64,000 bases of DNA from Eledone cirrhosa (Eukaryota). The position numbers and the translations under genes were made by a program. The stretch lies in assembly GCA_964016885.1 (NCBI GenBank), contig OZ024748.1:31620001-31684000 (forward strand), in the 5' to 3' direction. Below, one piece after another: positions 29,993 to 44,599 of this stretch (position 1 is its first letter; each line of letters starts with the position of its first letter). The notes below the pieces were generated by a model. That model made no database searches. It was not told the origin of the DNA and saw only the letters and a program-made list of their open reading frames with translations.

Positions 29993-32900
29993 TTCTCTTT
30001 CTCTTAATTTCGAGTATATTTTTTTGACCGGCCACCTTCCTGGTGGCAAGGTTTTAAAAGAAAAGAAATTGTCATCCCTTGAATCGCAAGAATGTTTTGC
30101 AAATTTTGAAGGTGCCAGCTATCGCAGCCACTTGTAGACTATGAATTAGGGAGCTGCGCTTTTTGTCCGCAAATCCAAGTTCAGTCATACCAAGCGGGTT
30201 GGTATATAACCCGTAGCTCCAATAATGATGGGTATGAAGCTAAAGGTGTATCTTGGATACTGGATTTGTAAACTCCTCATCAATGGTCCGTAGATGTCCT
30301 CTCCTGTATTTTTCTGACAACGTTTACCTCAAGTGGGCAGCTGATCTCCACAACAGAACACGTTTTCAATGTGTGGTCCCAAACAACAATATCAGGCCGG
30401 TTGTGCTTTAATTTGGTGGCAGTTTTTATTTTCAGGTTCCACCAGTATTCCTTAGTGCCATCTGTCTCAATATATTCTTCCTCGTTTGTTGTTAATTTTG
30501 TTTTCCGAAGTGCGTTCCAGATGATTCTAGCTATCCCATCGTGTCTCATGGGGAGGTAGTAGCGAGATGACATTGTGGCTTACATCCTCGATCTTTGTTT
30601 TACATAGCCTACATTTATTGTCAGCTGCTGGCCCTCCTCTTTTGTGCAGCAGATATTTGGTAGGGAGTTCTTGTTCCTGTATTGCATAGAGATATCCCTC
30701 AAGGTGTGATGTCATAAACTTGTCGGAACTCCATGCCAGGCTTTTTGAGTGGTTTATCCCCTCTATGGTCTGTGTTTTACGCCTCAAGTATCCATGCACA
30801 ACTTTTTCTGTAAATTGGTCATTTTTTTTATCTTGTTTGAATATTGAATAGGATCTTCCGATTTCTCTGGGTGAGAGATTTATATCAGGCTTTATTCCAT
30901 ATCTCTCCTCCAGATCAGTCGCTATTCTAAAGATATTTTTTTTTTCATGCTCATAAACCTGGGCAAGATGGTTGCCAACCTTTTTCCTCTGTTGAAGGTG
31001 TTGCTTCAGTGTTACCATCCGGGTCTCATATGTTGTTAATATTGATTTTAAACCCCGGCCACCTTCCTTGCGTGAGAAGTATAGCCTATCCACATCACCA
31101 TTGATGTTAAAGTTCCCAGTAACACTGAGAAGTTTTCGAGTTCTAACATCCATCTCACTTAGTTCTTGCAATGACCAGTTCAGCAGGCCAAATGTTGGCG
31201 TTAGGATTGGCACAGCATAAGTATTGTGGGCAATGTATTTGTTGTATGCTGACAGTTCTGATGACCATATTTTCTTTACTCTTCTGAGGTATTCAGTTCT
31301 GGTTCTCTCCTTATTTATCGGTCCATCATATCTGACATTCTCATCCTGTCCAAGATATCTGTAGTTGTCACCTGACTGCAGAGGTTGTATTGTCAGGCCG
31401 TTCATCTCTAGATTTCTAGAGGAGGGCACAGCTCTTCCACGTTTTACTGCCAAATATGCACACTTGGACTCACCAAATTTCATTTTGATGTCGGTTGAAA
31501 ATTGTGTAATGAGGTCCAATTGTTTCTTGATGTCATTGATATTTGGCCCATACAACTTCAGGTCATCAACAAAGAAAAGATGGGAGATACTTCTGGGCCC
31601 ACTTCTTTGTCCACCTTGTTTCCTTGGTAGGTAAGATAGTGGATTCAGTGAGAGAACGAAGAGTAGCACTGACAAGCTATCACCCTGAAAGATGCCCTTC
31701 TGGTAATGTATCTTATCAGTCCTAACCTGCTCCTTCTCACCTCTAAGGATCAAATTGGTGTACCAGTTCTTGGTCAGGCGTTCAACAGCAGCTACCAATG
31801 GTTGTGGGACTTTAGCTAACTGTAAAGCCTTAATAATCCACCCATGAGGTACACTATCAAATGCTTTTTGATAGTCCAGCCACACCACAGTCATGTTTCT
31901 GCGATTCTTTGTTGTTTTTTCCTGAATTATTTTGTTAGTTAGTAGGTGATCTATGCAACCCCACACCTCCCTCTTTCCACCAGCTTGCTCAGGTGTTATG
32001 ATGTTGTTGGTAGCACAGTGATCCTGTAAGAACAGGTTAAGGTACCCAGTATATAATTTATACATGATGTGTTGGCAGGCAATTGGGCGGTAATTTTTAG
32101 CAAGGTTGGTTTGGCTATTTTGGGGAATGAGGAGAGTAGTGGCAGTTGATAACCATCTGGGCAGTTCTTGTGTGCCCTTAATGGTTTCTGTAAACAGCCG
32201 TATGAGATCTTGCCGATAGAAAGTGAAATTCTTCAACCAGTATCCTGTAATGAGGTCTGGGCCTGGCGATTTCCTATTCGACATTTTCTGTAGAGCTGTT
32301 TCCAGTATTGACCCATCTATGTCATATTGTTTTGTCTGGACATGTTGGCAGTAGTCATGTTCCAGTTCTTTTAGCCAATTAGCTTGTCTGTTGAATCCGT
32401 CATCCGTTTCCCATACAGATCTCCAGTAGCTCTCAACCTGTTCTTTTGAAGGGGTGTCGTTTACAGGGATTGAGCTTTTGCCACCGAAGCTGCGATAAAC
32501 TGATTTAGGATCTCTGGCAAACAATCTATTTAGCACTTGTCGTTTATGTGCTGTTGACTTATATTTTAGTCTTTCTGTTGTAGCTGTGAGTTGCCGTTTC
32601 AACTGATGTAATTTGGAGTTCAAAGTTTTAAATTTTGTATCTCCAAATCGTTTCTGTAACATTTTCTTTAGGTCTTCCTGGTGTCGTGTGAAGTTGCTCT
32701 CTATGTTGCATTTCATAACGACTGCGATGTGTGAGATACTTCGTCTCAGGGACCAAATTTTGGTTTTTAAATTTCGCATCCACGCTGGTTCAGGCTTTCT
32801 GTTTGTATCTTAATTGCGTGGTTTTAGATGTGTGTTATATGATAGCAATGTGACAGTTGAAACATATAACAAAACATTAAGCGTTTCAAATGTCGTTTCT

Positions 32901-33600
32901 ACACCTTTAGATCGTATAGCCTTCAGATAATTGCCAGCTATTTCGTTCACCGCTTCCAATTCCAATTTAGTGGGTTCTTTACTGACTCTAGTGCTGTATG
33001 GTCTGTCACTCACATTAAGGCTGTGTATCTCTTGAAACATATCTTTCCATATCACTTGTAGGGTGTCCACAAGTTTTTGGTGCTCTGTTTGTTCAGTAGA
33101 GTCATGAATTTCAGCCTCGTTATTGATGTGGTGACAATTACTACTAGAGTTAGCTGACCTTTCTCGCTGTTCTTCAGTTGAAGTGGGATGGATTTCAGCA
33201 AAATTGTTGGTGAGCTGTTCACTGTTAGATTTAGCTGGCCATTCTCTTTGTCTGTCAGTGGAGGTGGGGGTGGTTGTCTACAAGGGCTGTATTTGTAGTA
33301 TCACTCAATTCCGTTAGATGTATCAATTTACATCTAATGATACGTTTTGCCTGTTCATTTAAATGCTTTGGAGAAAAGTCTAATTCTGGGTGTTTGGAGT
33401 TCCATAAAGTTTTTAGCCTTTGTATAAAACCGAACTTTTGAGGTTCAGATTGTTTGTATGCTTCATATAATACTTTGTTAAGCTCGTAGCTCCACTGTGT
33501 ACAACGGTTCTGGTTGCGATTTGGTCGAAGGAGACTTGTACTTTTTGCCATGATGAGTTCATCTATTCACTAATATTTCGTATTTATTTTTCAAAATAGT
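29990..33600 (-). mobile_element. RLE-type non-LTR retrotransposon (R4/Dong-like), decayed
   Basis: Single long ORF in fragments; 3' end abuts (TA)n. Confidence 0.85.
30072..33551 (-). pseudogene. R4-like polyprotein: N-terminal domain, RT, CCHC knuckle, restriction-like endonuclease
   Basis: W..ELN..LY..Y..SEP..GF..RL..LW; KSPGPD, YRPIAC, LDYQKAFDSVPH, GIFQGDSLS, FFVDD; CRLC..H; RHD; RPDIVVWD..VVEISCP; ends KICKTFLRFKG*. Confidence 0.88.
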
Positions 33601-34244
33601 CGATGATCTTCTTTAAAAGTTTCGACAAAGTTCTGTCAGAATCAAATTTAAAGTTATTCACAGCTTGGGTAATATTTCTTTTCAGTTAGTTTTTAATTCT
33701 ACAACTGTGTTTTAAACGTTGTTCTTGAATCGTTTGAATCGAGAACAAAAAGAACCGTTACTTAGTATATTCCTTTATGAATGTAATATAATATAACAAC
33801 GCTGTATTTATATGTTAAAGTTTATGTATCATGTATATGTTAAAGCTTATGTATTAAAGTTTATGTATCATAAATAGGTGTTCTACAACTTATTCATAAC
33901 ATATTCACAGTTCAAACACTTATGTTTTTGTTTCTGAATCGAAAACGTTACTTGTATATTTCTTTATAAATGTAATATAACAACGTTGCATTTATATGTT
34001 AAAGTGTATGTATCGTTCATATATCATAAGTGTATGTATCGTTCATATAAATAGGTGTTTTACAACACACTTACAGTTCAAACACTTATGTAGAATTATT
34101 GTATGTAATCTTACCGCGTAATCTAGCTCAACTTTTTCCAATATATGGTATGTTGCCTTCATGTAAGCCGTAATTACACACGTCCGATTATCGGACACTG
34201 ACCACAACGGTCGCCATTATGTATGTATTTATTTTTTGATTATA

Positions 34245-34600
<356 letters not shown>

Positions 34601-34838
34601 TGATCGAGTATCGAAAAATCGGCGCACGAGTTCACGATAAAGAAAATTCGAAATGAGCGGCAGAGGGCTCAATAATTCAGATGAATCAGAGCTATAACTA
34701 TCGTTAAAATACCGTCACACATAGAACAAGTCTAAAATCAACCATACGATAAAAAATCGATAATAGAAGATTCGGGACAATCAGATAAAAAATATCAATA
34801 AAACAATACATCAATAATTTAAATGAATGTAAAATCAT

Positions 34839-34974
34839 ACCCGGACCCACTAGAAAGGTGTTAAATCTAGCTTCTTGGGTTTCTGTAAATCCTTAGACTG
34901 TACTCTAACAGCTCACATATAAATATATAAGACTTCTAGAGCAAGCGGACTGGAAGTTTACGTCTTCAACGAGT
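34839..34974 (-). ncRNA. Type I hammerhead (family I) with long stems II and III, UUGAAGA core
   Basis: ACUCG-UUGAAGA-C GUAAA..UUUAC A-GAA-ACCCA..CUAGA/UCUAG UGGGU-C-CGGGU; GUC site. Confidence 0.75.
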
Positions 34975-35454
34975 TTCGTCCTAGCGGATAAGAGGCTAAC
35001 TACAAGCAAAATACGCACATGGAATCCGGCAAGGGAGATAACCTCTACATCCGCGAAAACTATTCGGGGAAATGTGGAAATACACATATCGAATAAAAGT
35101 GCTCAATAGACATGTTAAAATAAAACAGGAGCTATTCATCACTCAATAGAATCGACAAAAAATGAGCAATAAAATTAACTGGTGGATAGCTATGTCCAGA
35201 GCTAAAATATTAGAATGATCGAGTATCGAAAAATCGGCGCACGAGTTCACGATAAACAAAATTCGAAATGAGCGGCAGAGGGCTCAATAATTCAGATGAA
35301 TCAGAGCTATAACTATCGTTAAAATACCGTCACACATAGAACAAGTCTAAAATCAACCATACGATAAAAAAATCGATAATAGAAGATTCGGGACAATCAG
35401 ATAAAAAATATCAATAAAACAATACATCAATAATTTAAATGAATGTAAAATCAT

Positions 35455-35590
35455 ACCCGGACCCACTAGAAAGGTGTTAAATCTAGCTTCTTGGGTTTCT
35501 GTAAATCCTTAGACTGTACTCTAACAGCTCACATATAAATATATAAGACTTCTAGAGCAAGCGGACTGGAAGTTTACGTCTTCAACGAGT
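35455..35590 (-). ncRNA. Type I hammerhead (family I), second unit
   Basis: Identical to 34839-34974. Confidence 0.75.
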
Positions 35591-36080
35591 TTCGTCCTAG
35601 CGGATAAGAGGCTAACTACAAGCAAAATACGCACATGGAATCCGGCAAGGGAGATAACCTCTACATCCGCGAAAACTATTCGGGGAAATGTGGAAATACA
35701 CATATCGAATAAAAGTGCTCAATAGACATGTTAAAATAAAACAGGAGCTATTCATTACTCAATAGAATCGACAAAAAATGAGCAATAAAATTAACTGGTG
35801 GATAGCTATGTCCAGAGCTAAAATATTAGAATGATCGAGTATCGAAAAATCGGCGCACGAGTTCACGATAAACAAAATTCGAAATGAGCGGCAGAGGGCT
35901 CAATAATTCAGATGAATCAGAGCTATAACTATCGTTAAAATACCGTCACACATAGAACAAGTCTAAAATCAACCATACGATAAAAAATCGATAATAGAAG
36001 ATAATTTAAAAATCGATAATAATCGATAATAGAAGATAATTTAAATTTGTATATATATATATGTAATGTATTTATATATG

Positions 36081-36111
<31 letters not shown>

Positions 36112-36136
36112 GTATATATATATGTATATATATATG

Positions 36137-36167
<31 letters not shown>

Positions 36168-37127
36168 GTATATATATATGTATATATATATATATATGTA
36201 TATATATATGTATATATATATGTATATATATATAGCGGCGATGAATTAGTTTAGCGAGGTTTTTTATATGAAATCGTGTGTCGAAACAAATGTTGTTATA
36301 CTTGGGGAGGGTCATATTTGTGTAATATTGCCAGAATTAATAACCAGTGTAGAAAGGCCCTGAGAAAGACCCACTTAAAAATAAAGGTGGTAGAAAAGCC
36401 AGGAACCACCATAAAATCCCTGATCAGCAAAACCTACCCTTTTAAGAAAACCCACTGTACTAATAGGAAATGTATCATATGTAAGGTGAACCCCCGGATA
36501 AACTGTAAAACTAGAAACGTAGTCTATAGCATAAGATGTATAGAGGGTACTTGCAGAAACATGACAACGACATACATAGGTGAGACAGCTCGTAGCATAG
36601 GTGAAAGGATAGACCAACACTGGGGGGAACTAAAAGGACGAAAAAATGGGTCAGTACTATACGAATATGCTAGACAACAACATGACGATAACATAGACAA
36701 CATAGAAATTAGAATAATATCTAAACATAGGAATGACCCAGCAGATAGGCAAATCAGAGAGGCCAGTGAAATAGAAATTAGAAGACCAAAGCTAAACAGA
36801 AAGAATGAGTGGAACAACAACAACACCCAAACAAACAACACTGACCTAAGAGAAGTATAAATAAGTAAATAAAATAAAATAAAATAAGATAAATAAATAC
36901 ATACACAAGCACAATAACAACAAGCACATAAACACACACTAGTCACCCAGCAGACACAACACTATACACACTAGTCACACAGCAAACATAACACTATACA
37001 CACACGCAAACGCATGCGCAAAGAAGACAAAATAAAATAAACAAACAAGCAAATAAATAAATAAATATATAGACAGACTGAATAAAAAATGGCGTAGACA
37101 TACAACACAACAGGAGGAAAAAATATA

Positions 37128-37172
37128 ACACCACTGACGATGTTGCAGATGTGCAACGAAAGATTTATGTAA
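37128..37172 (+). ncRNA. Degenerate minimal hammerhead (family J); copies at 41197-41240, 49040-49085(-), 49163-49200
   Basis: CUGACGA-U-GUUGCA/UGCAAC-GAAA at the position equivalent to family F; stem I pairs poorly. Confidence 0.5.
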
Positions 37173-37357
37173 ATTATGTAAACTATATATATGTGTTTGT
37201 GTCTATATTGTATCTGTATTATTTTTGACCGTCGGTCAGTCAATGGCAACATTGAGGACCGAGTAAGTTAGATCGCAGATATAAAAGACAGCGAGAAGCG
37301 AAAACCAACCAAACAGTGAGTGTGTTCTGTTATTAATTCTGGCAATATTACACAAAT

Positions 37358-40300
37358 ATGCCCCTCCCCAAGTATAACAATATTTGTTTCGACACACGAT
37401 TTCATATAAAAAACCTCGCTAAACTAATTCATCGCCGCTACGGCATTAGCTTGTGCCAAGCTGAAAGGTTATTGAAAGACACTGTTTTCTGTTATATAAA
37501 AACTACAATAACAACAGAACAAATCCGCTTCTTAAAACACTGTGTTTCCTCCAAAACATACACAACAAACATATCAAAACAAGTAAATAATTTATTATTG
37601 AACAAAACACAAGCCGAACGACTAAAACACACAATAACAGTTAATATGAAAAGAACAACATACACAAAAGTCAACGCACTCTACAGACAGAAACGCATTA
37701 ACGGTAAGGAAATCCGAAATCTCATCACAGCAAACGAGAGAGATAACTTCATGAGCGTCATCCGACGTGAAACGAAATACGCTCGAAACGAATGCAATAG
37801 GCATTTCAAGAAGAAATTAGAATGGATGAATAAGAAAAAACTACAAGAAAGGAAAATCAAATATTCTCAAAAATACCCAGATAACATCGACAATATCCGT
37901 ATGACTGATGTAAAACTACCGGAAGAATTTACCAATGACCACACAGTAAATATCTATGGGAACAACAAATCCTACGGTTACCACCAAAATTTGCCATCTA
38001 CAAAAAGATTAACCCTATGGAGCGCAAAACGGAACTGGAAAAGTGTTTCACAAAAATACGTTGGAATGCAAAGGTAAACAACAACAACAATAATAACGGT
38101 AGTAGTAATATAAACAATAACTCTGGGTATAGAAATAACAGCCATAACCATAACAATGGCAGGAAAGTGAGAAATAGTGATAATGGTAATAATACTAGCG
38201 ATAGACAGAACAACAACAACCACAATAATAATAATAATAGAAACATTAACCACAGACACAGCAACAGCGACCACAGTAGTAATAACGGTAACAATACGAA
38301 CAACAACAACAATAACCACAGTGGTAATAATGGAAATAGTACATGTAGCAACATCAACAAAAACAAGAAACATAATAATAGTAACAACCACAATGGTAGA
38401 AATAACAGTAACAACAACAACAATAACGGTGAAGTAAATAACAATAATAATAACGCTAATGATAGAAACAACAACAACCACCCTGATAACAACAATAGCA
38501 ACACACACAACTATGACGATAGATATAATGACAACCCCTTAGAGAAACTATTTTTCAACCCAGCTGACAAAACATATAAGATGGGTAATATCTATCCTAC
38601 GAGGTTACCCTTTAATAAAAGAGTTTGCATACCACAGCAAATAGATGACGAGACAGAGGCACAGTTCACCATAGCTAGAAATAAGATTAGACAAGTAGTA
38701 GACAGGTATACTAAGAGACAGAGCAGACCAGAGGCCCAACAACTTGGGAGGAAACCTGTAGAAGGCTTGGTTAGCCTCAAGCAGCGCACAAGGGATGGTG
38801 AGGTAGTGTGTCTACCCACAGATAAGTCTGGTAGGATGTCAATAGATAGCATGCCGAACTACATCGAGGCTATGCAACCCCACATCACCAACACGAGCGA
38901 AGTTGCACAACAAACACACGATGGGAGAGAAAAAATCCTCAACGCTCACATGATGATGTGGACTGACATCCTAAAGCCAAGCAGATGCACTGCCAACAAC
39001 TTCCAGGCGTCTAACAATGGCATACCACCCTTGTATGGGCTCCGCAAAGACCACAAGACAGTCGACGACCCGACAACAGGACCACCAACAAGACCCGTAT
39101 GCGGAGCTAATATAGCTAGCAACTACAGGATCTCCTACTTCCTCTCAATGGTTATACGCCCCATAATCAAGATGTCCCCAGATGTATGTGAAAGTACAGA
39201 GGACCTCCTCACCAGAATCAGTGAGTGCAACAAAAACAGGAGCCTATCCAACTGCATAATAGGCAGCATGGATGTGGTGTCACTGTACCCATCCATTAAC
39301 ATTGATTTTGCTGTGAAAAGATGTGTGGAGAGTATCATTGAGAGTGAGGTGGAGTTCTGCGACGTCGACACAGACGAACTAGGCCTCCTACTTAGACTTA
39401 CCTACGACACTGACTACCTAGACAGCCATGACCTTAGATGTTTCTGCCCTAGTAGACCTATAAGAGGTAGATCCCCCACCATAACCTCAATGGCAAAAAA
39501 GACTCCCATGGGAAGGTGGATTGGGTGGACCAAAGCTATACGGACCCCCCAAAACAATGATCAGGTAAGAAAAATGGTCGCACATGCAATAGGGGCTAGT
39601 ATCAAAACTACCCTAAAGGGCCACATATTTAAGTTCAATGAGAAAATCTACACCCAAAATGAGGGAGCAGCCATCGGCGTCAGCATAGCTGGTGATGTTG
39701 CCAACCTTTTCATGGTATGGTGGGAAAGGAGACTTAAAGATCTCCTTAATGAAAGCTCCATAGACCTCATCATGTACTCTCGTTATGTAGACGATATCAA
39801 TATAGTTATAAGAACACCCCCTAACAAGTTTGATTTAGAACGTAGCACGATGGAAAACATCCAGCAGATAGCTAATTCCATACACCAGAGTATAACTGTA
39901 ACTATCGACTTCCCTTCCAAACACCCTAACAATAGACTACCTGTATTAGACACAGAACTCTGGATTAACACTATAGACGAGAGAGCCCAAATTCTCCACT
40001 CACACTATGCTAAACCCATGGCCTCCAAATACCTGATACTAAAAAACTCAGCAATATCCAGTAGTGCTAAGTTTAATATTCTGATCGCAGATTTGGTACG
40101 AGTGATGAAGAATGTGTCCAGCATATGCGACCCAACAGAAGTGGAAAGACACATCCAACACTTCATCAACCGCATGCAGTTCTCTGGCTACAACCAAAGA
40201 GACAGAGTCAGAGTATACGAAGGAGCCATGGAAAAGTATAAGACCCTCATAGAACTGGACATGAAAGGAATTTGCCCATTATACAGGAGCAAATGATGGA

Positions 40301-40929
40301 ATAGCTTAGATAGGGCTAGACATAAGATAGGGAAGGCCACATCATGGTACGACAACCAGAGATATCAGAGTGTCATGTTTGTGGACGCCACCCCTGGAGG
40401 GAAATTAGCTAACCAGTGTAGAAAGGCCCTGAGAAAGACCCACTTAAAAATAAAGGTGGTAGAAAAGCCAGGAACCACCATAAAATCCCTGATCAGCAAA
40501 ACCTACCCTTTTAAGAAAACCCACTGTACTAATAAGAAATGTATCATATGTAAGGTGAACCCCCGGATAAACTGTAAAACTAGAAACGTAGTCTATAGCA
40601 TAAGATGTACAGAGGGTACTTGCAGAAACATGACAACAACATACATAGGTGAGACAGCTCGTAGCATAGGTGAAAGGATAGACCAACACTGGGGGGAACT
40701 AAAAGGACGAAAAAACGGGTCAGTACTATACGAATATGCTAGACAACAACATGACGGTAACATAGACAACATAGAAATTAGAATAATATCTAAACATAGG
40801 AATGACCCAGCAGATAGGCAAATCAGAGAGGCCAGTGAAATAGAAATTAGAAGACCAAAGCTAAACAGAAAGAATGAGTGGAACAACAACAACACCCAAA
40901 CAAACAACACTGACCTAAGAGAAGTATAA
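37358..40929 (+). pseudogene. PLE ORF (~1190 codons): N-terminal domain, Asn-rich insert, RT, Cys linker, GIY-YIG; one frameshift (~37960) and one in-frame TGA (40294)
   Basis: PPKFA..E.EK..KIRW, PTDKSG, LYGLRKDHK, RPVCG, SMDVVSLYP, YSRYVDD, CTNKKCIIC..NC..VVYSIRC..YIGETARS. Confidence 0.9.
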
Positions 40930-41460
40930 ATAAGTAAATAAAATAAAATAAAATAAGATAAATAAATACATACACAAGCACAATAACAACAAGCACATAA
41001 ACACACACTAGTCACCCAGCAGACACAACACTATACACACTAGTCACACAGCAAACATAACACTATACACACACGCAAACGCATGCGCAAAGAAGACAAA
41101 ATAAAATAAACAAACAAGCAAATAAATAAATAAACATATAGACAGACTGAATAAAAAATGGCGTAGACATACAAGACAACAGGAGGAAAAAATATAACAC
41201 CACTGACGATGTTGCAGATGTGCAACGAAAGATTTATGTAAATTATGTAAACTATATATATGTGTTTGTGTCTATATTGTATCTGTATTATTTTTGACCG
41301 TCGGTCAGTCAATGGCAACATTGAGGACCGAGTAAGTTAGATCGCAGATATAAAAGACAGCGAGAAGCGAAAACCAACCAAACAGTGAGTGTGTTCTGTT
41401 ATTAATTCTGGCAATATTACACAAATATGACCCTCCCCAAGTATAACAATATATATATAT

Positions 41461-42538
<1,078 letters not shown>

Positions 42539-42624
42539 ATATATATATATGTATATATGTATATATATACATATATATATATACAAATATACATATATAT
42601 ATATATGTATATATATATATGTAT

Positions 42625-42902
42625 GACTACCAAATCAACCTTTTCAAATACAAGTCGATGTTGTTACGGTATGTCGAATCTATTTATCTATAAAACTGTT
42701 TATATTGTATTTTGTCTGAGGAAGGCATAGCATATTGTTAATATGATATCCCTGAAATATATATAATGAAATAGATATGGTTTTATAAATATAGTTTCCA
42801 TTTATTTAATATTGTAAATATACTCCAAATATTTGTCGAGTGCTTTTATATCAGTTATAAATATTTACTAGTTGTAACCCAACAATTTAAATATAACTTT
42901 CC
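42625..42902 (+). mobile_element. Family D diverged copy (HHR 42708-42773, CUGAGGA core)
   Basis: Reverse-complement homolog of 11099-11375; HHR stems conserved. Confidence 0.8.
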
Positions 42903-42935
42903 ATATATATGTATATATGTATACATGTGTATATA

Positions 42936-43024
<89 letters not shown>

Positions 43025-43117
43025 ATATATATATATGTATATATATATGTATATGTATGTATATATATGTATATATATATATATGTATGTATATATATAT
43101 ATGTATATATATATATG

Positions 43118-43151
<34 letters not shown>

Positions 43152-43181
43152 TACGTATATATATATGTATATATATATATG

Positions 43182-43262
<81 letters not shown>

Positions 43263-43277
43263 GTATATATATATATG

Positions 43278-43323
<46 letters not shown>

Positions 43324-43457
43324 TATATATATATGTATATATGTATATATATATATATATATGTATGTATATATACATATATCTATATATATATATATGT
43401 GTTTATATATATATATATATATATATATGTATACATGTATATATATATATATATGTA

Positions 43458-43493
<36 letters not shown>

Positions 43494-43541
43494 CATGTAT
43501 ATATATATATATGTATATATGTATATATATATGTATGTATA

Positions 43542-43594
<53 letters not shown>

Positions 43595-43735
43595 AGTTTA
43601 TGTTGGTTGTATACCAACACCTCAGTATGCAGGCTGGAGCACTCGAGGAAGTGCGCAGGTTGGTTTGGTTACTCCGGAGTAGTGTAAAATAAAGTTAAAT
43701 AAAAGTCAAATGATTAAAATTTAGCTTCGTTTATT

Positions 43736-43790
43736 ACTGCTATATATATTTCAGTGACAGCCATCTTTGGCTGTGACCTCTTCAGGCAGT
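43736..43790 (-). ncRNA. Type I hammerhead ribozyme (family L, mirror copy)
   Basis: Reverse complement of 44026-44080 with two structure-neutral changes. Confidence 0.88.
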
Positions 43791-44025
43791 TTGAATTAGT
43801 ATGGTATAGACAAGTACATATGTTGTTTAGGTGTATGATATTGTCAATACTCTGATATGCCCAGTTCCTTGTTGGGATGTTAATTCACTGGGGAACTGGA
43901 GTCATATCTTATGACTCCAGTTCCCCAGTGAATTAACATCCCAACAAGGAAATGGGCATATCAGAGTATTGACAATATCATACACCTAAACAACATATGT
44001 ACTTGTCTATACCATACTAATTCAA

Positions 44026-44080
44026 ACTGCCTGAAGAAGTCACAGCCGAAGATGGCTGTCACTGAAATATATATAGCAGT
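44026..44080 (+). ncRNA. Type I hammerhead ribozyme (family L)
   Basis: ACUGC-CUGAAGA-AGU.ACAGCC/GGCUGU.ACU-GAA-AUAUAUAU-A-GCAGU. Confidence 0.92.
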
Positions 44081-44124
44081 AATAAACGAAGCTAAATTTT
44101 AATAATTTGACTTTTATTTAACTT

Positions 44125-44161
<37 letters not shown>

Positions 44162-44194
44162 AGTATATATATACATACATATATATATATATAC

Positions 44195-44231
<37 letters not shown>

Positions 44232-44286
44232 CATATATATATATACATAAATATATATATATACATAAATATCTATATCTATATAC

Positions 44287-44351
<65 letters not shown>

Positions 44352-44354
<3 letters not shown>

Positions 44355-44565
44355 TTTTAAACTTTATTTTATCATGAGTTAAAGGTCTATTGATTTTTCC
44401 CTGGATTTCACTAAATTCTGTGGATGAATTTATATCCTGATTCTCTTTTGAGATGAGTTTGAATTATTTTTCCTAAATCTTACGTTAACTACTTTTCCCA
44501 TCTTGACGTTATAGTCGCTTATAGAATACTATTAGCTTCTCGCTAAAACAATCTCTATACCTCTC

Positions 44566-44599
<34 letters not shown>

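Larger units (their letters stand above)
36233..41450 (+). mobile_element. Near full-length Penelope-like element in partial tandem with inverted 5' piece
   Basis: 36233-36345 is an inverted copy of 37330-37440; 36342-37380 is a direct copy of 40410-41450 (pseudo-LTR including EN); TA on both sides. Confidence 0.93.
43593..44131. mobile_element. Palindromic non-coding HHR element, family L
   Basis: Arms 43685-43906 / 43911-44131; TA-flanked. Confidence 0.82.

Noticed and set aside
37240-37270. GGCAACATT.GAGG.ACCG resembles part of the HDV genomic ribozyme sequence
   Set aside because: P1/P2/P3 of the nested double pseudoknot cannot be formed; it is a simple GNRA hairpin.
37978-38510. Hydrophobic Val/Leu-rich ORFs on the minus strand
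   Set aside because: Antisense reading of the Asn-rich AAC/AAT tract.
40294-40296. In-frame TGA in the PLE ORF as possible selenocysteine, as in some Naiad PLEs
   Set aside because: It aligns with Phe (YRSKFWN) in the sister element, not Cys; it is a single occurrence, I recognised no SECIS and the domain order is C-terminal EN. Most likely a nonsense mutation.
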